Assembly: GCA_002633005.1 (NCBI GenBank)
Contig: NMRA01000709.1
Coordinates: forward strand, 1 to 44,872
Length of the DNA: 44,872 nucleotides
Direction: 5' to 3'
Source of the DNA: Phoronis australis
Lineage: Eukaryota > Animalia > Phoronida
Numbering within the stretch: the first letter of the stretch is position 1; every line of letters begins with the position of its first letter. Position numbers and translations under genes: made by a program. Positions 35,701-44,872 of the stretch are shown here, piece by piece. The notes under the pieces were generated by a model. It saw nothing but the letters and a program-made list of their open reading frames with translations. It ran no database searches and was not told the origin of the DNA.

Positions 35701-38700
35701 TTCTTCCTTGTCCAATTTAGAGTCATCACCGGTTTTTGCAAGACCAGCAAAGAACACGTTTTGATTCTTGTCACAATTTTCATTTTCACTGTAATTTTTC
35801 AGGTTACTTTCAACGATATTCCCAACATAAATGTCTCCACTATTGTTCCTTTCAGTCACACCTAACCCAGACACAGAACCATCCATTTCAAGGCTAGCAC
35901 TCAACACATTGTGACAAACATCCTTGACACTGAAGTCTTGTGGATCATACTGGTTATCATCACTTTGTTCTACATTCCCCGCTACACCATCACCAGTCTG
36001 TTGAATGACGTGCTCACAATTCACAAGCATGTCTGCCTCCTCATCCGAACTCGAAGAGCTCAGTTGAGAGCCATATTCGTCAGAGAAAAAACGCGCCAGT
36101 GGTGGAACATGAAGAGAGTCTCGCCTCACCACTAAATCTTTAACCGAGCTTTTCTTTTTGGAGCCAGTTCGCGAAAGTCCAACTGTGTCATCGAACGGAG
36201 GGGTATCTACAACATCAACAGAGGGCTCAAACACCGAGTCATCCAGCAGTGACTCGTCTGCAATACACTGAATCTGATTCTCTTCTGACACTACAGTAAC
36301 CTCATACTTTCCAAGTTTTACTGATTCTTGAGGAACATCATGATTGTTGTTCTCGGTGTTTTCAACACTCTCTTGATTTGTTGTTGAATCAAATCTTTCA
36401 CCATCACCTTGACCACTCTCCACCAAAGGGACAATGCCATTCTCATTGTCACGGATACTTAAACGAACATTCTTGGTCATCTCCAAGATGGATTCAATTT
36501 CTTTTGTTGACTTCTGAATGGTGTCATCATTCTGTACAACATTCGATAAAATGTCTGACACTGGCTTTTGCAAAACAAAAGCATCCATCTGAAATAAAAA
36601 CAAGAGCAACGCGGAGCGTTGAAATGCGCCCACAATTGCACCGCATACGGTATCCTTCTAGGGTTGTTTATTGGTACCATCAAGTGGCCAGTAGAGGGCA
36701 TACTTTGCAAAATGGAAAGGCATGGTCATTGTCTCCTCAATAGCCGCGGCTAGGGGCAAAATGTGAGTAATCTTCATAATACAAGCACATCCTATACACC
36801 AGTTGCTTAAAGCACCACAGAAACATAGAATTAAAAACAAATTTACCAACATACGAGATTAGCACAGCATTAGAATGCCAGAAACAAATTTCTACTTGGA
36901 AACTTTTCCTTCACAGTCACGAAGTAACACAAAGTATACACCTGAAGACCTATGAAAATACAGAGGTCAATGTAAAATAGTAAAATTGCCACTAGAGGCA
37001 AATACTAAAATTGGCACTAGAGGCATACCGGTAATCAGAATCATCCTAAAGTCGTCATCGTCCGTTGTCAACATCACATAAATACACTTGCTAAATTTAG
37101 TAAAGATCCTGCGAACAGGATACAGCCATGGGTGCAAAAAAACAAAACTGCCACTAGGAGGCGCCACAGAAGTCCAAATCGTCTGAAAATCATTGTCAGC
37201 TGTCTTCCTTATAGTAAGCACATACACGCCAATTTTCACAATCATCCTTTGAGCGGTTTGGTTGATAGAGGGGTGGACGCAAAAATACAGACTCGAAAAC
37301 AGTAAAAATGGCCACTAGGTGGCGCAAACTACGTTGAATCCATCTGAAAACAGTAGGATAGCGTCATCTCACTAATAGGTGCCTACATACCAAATTTCAT
37401 GAAAATCCGTTCAATACTTTTGAAGATACAAAGGTAAGCGTAAAAAACTAAAATTGCCACTAGGGGGCACACCGGTAGTCGGATCCGACCAAAAGTCGTC
37501 ATCTTCCGTTGTTAACATCATATAAATATACTTACACAATTTGTAAAGATCCTGCGAACGGTTTAGGAGATACAGCCATAGGCGCAAAAAAACAAAACTG
37601 CCACTAGGAGGCGCCACAGTAGTCGAAATCGTCGGAAAATCATCGTCAACCATCCTCTACATAGTAAGCATATACATGCCAATTTTCACAATCATCCTTT
37701 GAGCGGTTTGGTTGATAGAGGGGTGGACGCACAAAAACAGACTCGAAAACACTAAAAATGGCCACTAGGTGGCGCAAACTATGTCGAATCCATCTGAAAA
37801 CGGGAGGATAGCGTCATCTCACTAATAGGTGCCTACATACCAAATTTCATGAAAATCCAATAAGGACTTGTGAAGATACAAAGGTAAGCGTAAAAAACTA
37901 AAATTGCCACTAGGGGGCACACCGGTAGTAGGATCCGTCCGAAAGTTCGCACATGCTGTCCCATTCATGAATGGAACATATGTGCCAAATTTCATGAACG
38001 TATGTCAAAGGGTTTTGGAGATAGAGCAGCGGACGCCGGACGGACGCCGCCCGGACGGACGGACGGACGGACAGAGATGACGGCATAATGCGTCCACATA
38101 TAAATATGTGGGCGCATAAAAAATGTAATTTGTGGTATAACTTCCGGAACTTATGGTAAATAGCTTTCCTGGCGTTGGTCCTTAAATTCGGGGATTGAGG
38201 GCGGATTAGTTCCCATGAAAAAATTTGTTACCCTCTGACAGTGTTCATAGACAGTAAAAGGAGCCAACCGGCTCTCAAATTTTGGGAAAATTATATTAAA
38301 GTAAGCTCCACAACTTCTGTTTGTAATTTTTTGCCCCTTTATTCACCTGGATGAATGACAATGTCCATCATCTAATCGTTATCAGATGCCCTTTCATTAA
38401 AAGTAGCTGCTTAATCATACAAAATCATCTAGTATATCTAGAACATCATTTTGACTATTTCTGTTAACAGATGTTTGGAGCATTAGATGACTTGAATGAA
38501 TCACTATTGACAGTGAAAACTTGCTAATAACTCCCATATCCACTTTTATTCAAGTTAAGCCCTCCTCCGTATTAGTGCAGCAATACTGCTACTACTAAAA
38601 ACACCTGTTTACTGGTAAGTTCCAACATCATTTAAACTTCGACCAAAGGTTACTTTAAGCTTTCTCACTGTCCAAGACTCCATTAAACCACTGACACATC

Positions 38701-41700
38701 AACATCTATGGATAAGATCATTTCCAAAGCATACTTACTATGTTGATAGTTCCCTTAACAATGCCAACAGGTGACAGCACAGACTCTTCAAACTGGATGT
38801 TCACCTGACCCAGATCTGTCAACCTAATAATGTACGATACAACAGAGGTCAGCAGATTATTGTCACTTAATATGCACTGTCCCCAAAAAACAGGGTTTAG
38901 CCAATAAATTAACATGTAACAATAATTATTGTAGTCATACAATGAAATTGCAAACATTACTGATCTGCAAAAATCTATCTGGAATTGTCTTGCAAGACTT
39001 TGAATAATATCTAACATATGCAATCATTGTTTATCATATTGTCATCTTCAAGGTCAGCTAGGTAATAAATAAGCTCTAACACAAAGTCAAGTGACCAAAT
39101 GCCCATGAACCTCGAACTAAATAGAAAAGGGTAAATGGAAAGTGTGTTGACTATCTAAGAGTGTACTGGGTCTATTGCACGATACACATGATAAGTGTGT
39201 TGACTAACTAAGAGTGTACTGGGTCTACTGCACGATACACATGATAAGTGAGTTGACTATCTAAGAGTGTACTGGGTCTACTGCACGATACACATGATAA
39301 GTGAGTTGACTATCTAAGAGTGTACTGGGTCTACTGCACGGTACACATGATAAGTCAACATTATGAACAGTCAAGCAAACCGCACTCAACATAGGACAAG
39401 CATGCTTGTCTTTCTACCTGTGGACTTGGTCATCCCAGCGGCCATAGCAGAGGTCAAGGCCACCGATGAAGGCAATGCGTTGGTCAACACAGACGATCTT
39501 CTCGTGGTGTGCCCATAATAGGACACCACCAGCACCGTGGTCCGGATGACGGAGCACCTGCAAGAACAATGTTCATGGACGACAATGTAAGCAGTCGAAG
39601 AACAGCAGACCGCACATCAACTTTTAATGAATATTGATTTAGGCAGTACAACTTCATGAAGTATAAACATACATCATCAAAAATCTTAATTATGTTTCAT
39701 ATGAAAAAGTGTAATTATTTACAATTAAACCAACACATCAGTTACAGACATTCTGGATTCCCCTGTAGTTCTCTGCCTGTATCTGTAACCTTGTACATTT
39801 ATTGCATACCTCAGCACAGTCAAGCTATGGTAGCTGTTTATACCAAGGGTTACCTCACTCTGTATCAACTGAACAGAGGGATTCCACTCTTCCTAGACTC
39901 CTCGGACACCTACCTTAATGTTGTCATGCTTCAGCACAGTCTTGCTATGATAGCTGTTAATGCCAAGAGCCATTTCTATCTCTTTGTAGAGCAGGATGAA
40001 GATCTTAACTCCTTCACGCTAAAATTAAACAAGAGAGATACCGTAAGGTGAAATGGTCACATGACTGCATCACAAATGGTAGGTATCTAGGAGCTGTTTA
40101 TTAGTACCAATTGTCCAGAATACCTTAAACCTGTCCAAAAATGGAAAGGCGACATCGTCTCCCAAACACAAAACTATTTCCTAAATTTCATGGAGCTCAG
40201 TCATGGAACTCTAAAGATACCGCTCTAGGTAAACATTGCTAAATTTCATGAAACTCAAGTCATGGAACTCCAAAGATACCGCTCTAGGTAAACTTAATTG
40301 CTAAATTTCATGAAGCTCAGTCATTTAACTCTAAAGTTAACATACTGCTCCTGTCTTGATTCACAAAGTTTGTTACTGTTAAGTTATGTAAGTTAAGCAG
40401 TGCATGTACATAATTTGTATGCAATAATATTCTCTGTACCACAACTCAATGCAGTGGGCAAACACTCTCAATGCAAATTAACAAATAACAAATAACTGGA
40501 CTAAAACAAATTCTTAAATCATTGATTTGTAGCTTGAACAATTTGTCTTACAGCTTTCTTGACCAACAGGTGGTCAAGCCTCCATGTGTGGTCATTGACC
40601 ACTGGTCTCTTGAGGTAGAGTTCTGGACTCAGCCACCAGTCAGTGATAAAGATCTCTTCCCTGGCAAGGTCTAAGGCAGTGGCCACCGAGTCAAAGTATG
40701 AACAACCGTCAACAAACCTGAAATTGTGTATCATTATGTCACCACTAATAGTCAACTCAGATTAATTTGTTCTTATAATGAGAGGGCAGATGAAAACATT
40801 TTTCGCATTCCAAATACTGGTAGCAAGACAGCAATATCAAAAACACTGGTCATTAAATATGGAACGTTCTGAAAGATGCTTCTTGGCAAATAGACTAATA
40901 CTTAAGCCAGTGGTAAAGGCTTGCCACAAACCTAATATCTCATTAATGTTTAAAAGTCCACAAGGTTGCATACATGTCACAACAACCAAACCAAATTTCT
41001 GAACAAAGATTTTGTTGGCAAAATTGTAATCATCTCCCGAAAAATGTCACAAACATTTATCAAACGGCGTGTGTATGAGCCATGAGAGTACTGTTTTCAA
41101 GTCTACGACAGACTTTTCTCTGTGACAAAAGCAAGACAATTATGTGTGAAAATGACACTTTCATTGTTTTTCACCTAAATGGCCATCACGGGCAAAGTGA
41201 ACATCATTTAACTCCCAGGTTTTGCATGCACCCCTGCCAGTAGTAAGCTTTATATATTTTTGAAGTTTCACGGCAAAGTGACCAGCAGGACTACCCAGGG
41301 GGTGTGAAATTTCGAGGTCTATGTGAAGCTAACATAAAGCGGTTCGCTTTTGTACTTTGACCCTAGTAGTAATACAGCTAGCTGGCTGGCTTTACGAATG
41401 TTAGCCTGCACATTCTGATTAAAGCACAAGAGCTCGACAACATGTCAGACAAAATGAACCGAAATTTCTCTTCAGGATGGCTGAGCAGAAACATCGTCAG
41501 ACTAACCTTCCTTCTTGATCAAAGGAAAGTAATTAAAATTTTGACACTGTAATAGTTATTGCATGTCATTTCTGCCATAATGATGGGAAATGGCATTTTG
41601 TCTGATTAGTTTTCTCCTGTACTGCACCTATGTGATATCATTCAAACAATCCCAGTTACAAAAATAACAAACCATTGTGTCAAAGTGTCTGTCCTCTCAG

Positions 41701-43422
41701 GTGCAAACGAGTCAAATCTATTGGCTGTAGTGAACTCCCGACCTAAAGTCATGGCTGTCTGCTCCACACATTTCTGCCACTCTTCAGCTTTCCTACGTGT
41801 CCAACATTTGATCAGAAGATGCCTAGATAAGAGAAACATAAAATAACATATAATAGTGATGGGCCAGTCAAAGCAAGGATTGTAATTTTCCGAACGTTCC
41901 AATCATGAAGGAACAGTGTGTAGTGAAGTGTACAACAAATGATTAAAACGATTTCAGTAGGTCGAAACACACTAAATGTTGGTGGTGTGATGGCAGTACA
42001 TTACCAATTGATACACAAAGCTGAATGCATTATCCTGTTTATAACTTCCAATCAGTGAAAGTACACAATGCTTGAATAGAAATCATGCTTTTCCTTTCTG
42101 GTGTCAGAGCAAAACAAGGGCTGCTGGAAAATTAGCTTATATAATGATTGTACCATTAGTCTGAAGAATGGAAAAATGCTGTCACCTTGACAAGTTTGAT
42201 ATCTTCAACCCATGATGCACACCGGTGTTATCAAAGCCAACGTTCACTCTAAAGTCCTGGTCCATCAACAGTACATCCCCTATCCTACCATCTTCAGGAT
42301 GAAGGTATGCTAGGAAAGTGTCCTTAACCACCATCCACCTGGAATGGATAAGAAAGAATAAACACGAAACACAAGATGTGGCGAACTATTTAATAGCATC
42401 AACAGAAAACTTTCTTTCTGTTCCAACTGGCACTTTGGTTTTCAAACTGTCAAGTCATTAAGCTGCACTTTCATTACACTAGTTGGTTGAATGCAAATGC
42501 CAGAAGCTAAATCAAGTATTCCACAGTCATTTTTTGATAAGTGTAGCAAAGTGAGATAACCTGCAACTGAACTAAAGCAGTTTGGAAGGGATACCTTGTT
42601 CTGATTTTCTGAAGCATTTTTGTCTTGCAAATGATCTGGCTGCTTTTGTGGTGTAGGAAAAAGAGTACTATAGACATATGAAAAATTAGGACCAATTTAC
42701 AAGAGGTCCAGTTTTCATCTTCATTTCTTTCACTACTGTGTTCGTCCAAGTATGTTGATTGCTGAAGTGCAACGACAAATAAAGTCAATCATAAAACAGT
42801 GTAAGCACAAAACTTGCTCTTGAAGAAATTTCACGGAGTATCCCTTCTTCACTAACAAATCAATGTAAATTACCAATGCGTCAAGAATGTTTAGTCGTGG
42901 AGCTGTTCTCTTTTGAATTTTCTGAAGGTGAAATTCAATTTGCCAAGCAGACACCAGTTGTACATAAGTTAGGATGACAATAACAACTACGCAAGACTGT
43001 GCGTCACGAGGCAATTGTTAAAACAATTCCTTTGATGACATCCTTCAACGATCAGGTGGAAAAGTTGTAATTTAATGCAAGCGGTCCTTGGCAAAGAAAA
43101 TTGACCTGATTTGACATTTTTCAAGTAACTTGGATACTCAATAGATTCTACAGTTTCTTCAACTTTGCTTCTTTTTTACTCTTCACATTCTTCTTTGTGG
43201 CCTACTTTACATCACAACAAACCAATTTCACAGATTTTAATTTAAATTTATTTTATGTTCAAGTTACCTATCACTCCAGTGCGACGTTGTCACTTGTGGT
43301 AAACAGGAGCAGGATCCAATATTTATGCGTCGGCCACCAGATCTCTTCTTAATGATCCCTTCCTTGGACTTGAAGCCAAGATTGTGCACAAATGATAGGC
43401 GGCTTACCTCAAGAAACTTACG
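20799..43422 (-). CDS. PLD1: Phospholipase D1/2 (PX-PH type), 19 exons in window; N-terminal exons lie beyond the right edge
   Basis: Exons 43422-43268, 42338-42186, 41822-41673, 40717-40552, 40018-39914, 39557-39418, 38823-38739, 36588-34162, 33296-33211, 32505-32354, 29477-29359, 27857-27747, 27037-26927, 26063-25975, 25209-25043, 24615-24548, 23462-23245, 22143-22023 and 21023-20799 total 4848 nt in frame. Motifs: [31 protein letters not shown]1 [36 protein letters not shown]2 [22 protein letters not shown] and the C-terminal LVPTSLWT*. Invertebrates usually have one PLD1/2 co-ortholog. Confidence 0.97.
26683..26755 (-). mobile_element. tRNA-derived SINE head (degenerate)
   Basis: The minus strand reads ATAGGTCAGTCAGTGGTCAGAGTGTTCCACTAGTGTTTTGGAGATCCTGGGTTTGATTCCTACCTCGGATG, with A-box-like and B-box-like (GGTTTGATTCC) motifs at tRNA spacing but no intact cloverleaf. 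Confidence 0.6.
34162..36588 (-). CDS. Giant 2427-nt (809-codon) PLD loop exon, acidic/Ser-rich and probably disordered
   Basis: Acceptor TTTTTATTTCAG|ATGGAT and donor TTC|GTAAGT; uninterrupted ORF; phase 0 at both ends, matching the neighbouring PLD exons. Confidence 0.8.
36961..38123 (+). mobile_element. Helentron-associated (HINE / DINE-1 / Pearl-like) non-autonomous element with internal tandem array
   Basis: About 150-bp core repeats are arranged as a 450-bp higher-order unit (A-B-C-A-B-C-A). They are followed by a (GGAC)n microsatellite at 38030-38072, a stem-loop ATGCGTCCACATAT-AA-ATATGTGGGCGCAT (38088-38117) and an A-run. This is the known modular layout of HINE/Pearl-like elements. 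The left boundary is approximate. Confidence 0.8.
39140..39355. repeat. 53-bp tandem repeat x4
   Basis: Unit AAGTG[T/A]GTTGACTATCTAAGAGTGTACTGGGTCTACTGCACGATACACATGAT; near-identical copies start at 39140, 39193, 39246 and 39299. Confidence 0.97.
39790..39892 (-). pseudogene. Degenerate tandem duplicate of the PLD exon 40018-39914
   Basis: Encodes ...[18 protein letters not shown]..., compared with [19 protein letters not shown] in the functional exon 21 nt away. Confidence 0.75.
40181..40337. repeat. ~58-61-bp tandem repeat x2.6
   Basis: Unit CTAAATTTCATG..GCTCAGTCATGGAACTCTAAAGATACCGCTCTAGGTAAAC..TTG. Confidence 0.9.
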
Positions 43423-44227
43423 CTAAAAGTAGCAGAAAGTTGTAGCAATAAATTGTCTACGAAATTTCAAAGTTAGCAAATTTTTCTGATTAGAAGTAAC
43501 AGAGAATGAAATTTTATGAAAAAAAAATTAAATCAGCCAAAAATTTTTAAGCGTTTTAACAAACGCATCCTGAAGTTAAAATGATACCAAACCTGGTTTT
43601 GGCCTATTAAAAGGTACTAAAAACGACTTTCCTATTCATTTCTCTGAAATAAAACAATGCCTCCGTAACCTTCGGCAACCCTCAAAAGTTTTGAAAATTC
43701 CTTTAAAAGTCTGCCAAACAGGCAAGTGCAACCTAAACATTTAGCGACTTACACGGCAATTGTGGGAAAAGACCACCCACCAAGGACCATTACGTCCAAT
43801 TCGCAAGACAGGGGGTATGATTTTTTAGTTGATTCCTGCTTTTATCGCCAATGATACATCAGCAGGTGGCAGGACAAGGATTGGTTGAAATCATCAAAAC
43901 AACATTTAGTATCTTTTTATTAGTAAATTATGCAAAACCTCATCTTTAAAAAGCCAACAGAGAATCACAAAAAGGTTGTAGTACTTTTTGAAAGCCAGTA
44001 CCGCAGCAGCTATTTTATTGCACTAATTTGAACAGAAATTTTTTCACTGTCACATAAAACTATGAACACCTCTTTGATCAATAAGAAGGAAGGATAAACA
44101 AACCCTCACCATGGGCCAGAAAAGTTTTACCACAAACACAACCCTTACCACGCTCCATAGAAACTTTTACCACATGCAAAAAACTTTTGCCATGGAAACT
44201 GAACTACAACCACACAGAGAGCATCGT

Positions 44228-44872
44228 TACGGTAAAGTCGCGTGATTTTCGGACGGCACGCCATTTTCGACCAAGAATAAATATTTCCGAAATGAGTTTT
44301 TCATGGTCCACGAAATTCGTACAAGGTCCAAAAACTGTTTTTCAATGATCCTCGAATTTTGGACAATGTTATAAACGTCGGATTTTTGTCCCGCGACTTT
44401 CGGACAAGGAAAATTTTAGAAACGCTAATTTAGGATCGACGCAACTCCCGTGTCACTAAAGCGTTCAAAGGATGATTACTACTCGATAAGGCTTGAATCT
44501 GAGAATTGGGGTAACGGGCTTTGTAATTTTTACCTTGTCTTGACAATGTCATGACCGTTACTCGATTGTCTTGCGTTTAGCTTGAGTTTGGCGCTTTAGC
44601 TATGAAAAAAGTCACAGAGTCTCGCATGACGAAAATTTCTGATGAAAATACAAATGGGAAATACACGGAAGGCTGCAGTTTTTCGTTGTAGCGTAACATG
44701 TGCTCTGGTTTAATTAGACCATGTTGTTCAACTTCCGACTGTGACATTGAACTTGCACGCCTCAACTTGCGTGTTTACGAAGCGTTTTTATTTTTAAAAC
44801 GTCCTGGCCTTTGCAAATGCCCTTGTTAGTGGCTAAAATCTCCCGACGACGTGTCTGGATTTTATTCTTGAC
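44228..44872. mobile_element. Possible end of a DNA-transposon-derived element running out of the window
   Basis: CpG density rises abruptly from TACGGTAAAGTCGCG onward, and TTTCGGAC recurs at about 44247 and 44398. No partner TIR is visible in the window. Confidence 0.35.

Noticed and set aside
34132-36633. 833-aa ORF as an independent secreted protein (hydrophobic start LLLFLFQ)
   Set aside because: The hydrophobic stretch is the translated polypyrimidine tract of the acceptor and the ORF begins at GTG; splice phases place it inside PLD.
36704-38371. Two candidate micro-exons (38371-38347 MMDIVIHP; 36749-36704 [14 protein letters not shown]) that could bypass the giant exon in frame
   Set aside because: Phase-compatible, but the first acceptor is weak and there is no homology support; this could be chance and needs RNA-seq.

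Overview
Intron-rich, AT-rich animal (probably marine invertebrate) genomic DNA containing four spliced genes that I assembled by hand from GT-AG junctions and reading-frame phase. (1) The 3' end of USP48 (+, 225-4088). (2) A complete 7-exon, 550-aa secreted protein (-, 11831-6084) with a signal peptide, a mature N-terminal His, an LPMO-like (copper monooxygenase-like) domain and a beta-rich C-terminal domain. (3) A complete 6-exon, 172-aa protein (+, 11897-16883) resembling the non-catalytic N-terminus of PDE9; its ATG is only 65 nt from that of gene 2, with two CACGTG E-boxes in between. (4) The 3' part of a phospholipase D1/2 gene (-, 43422-20799, 19 exons in window) with an 809-codon symmetric exon in the loop between the two HKD motifs. 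Introns and intergenic DNA carry MITEs, a tRNA-derived SINE head, minisatellites and a Helentron/HINE-like element whose ~150-bp core repeats each carry a CTCF-consensus motif. No database searches were run; family calls rest on recalled motifs. No prokaryotic features or CRISPR arrays were found.
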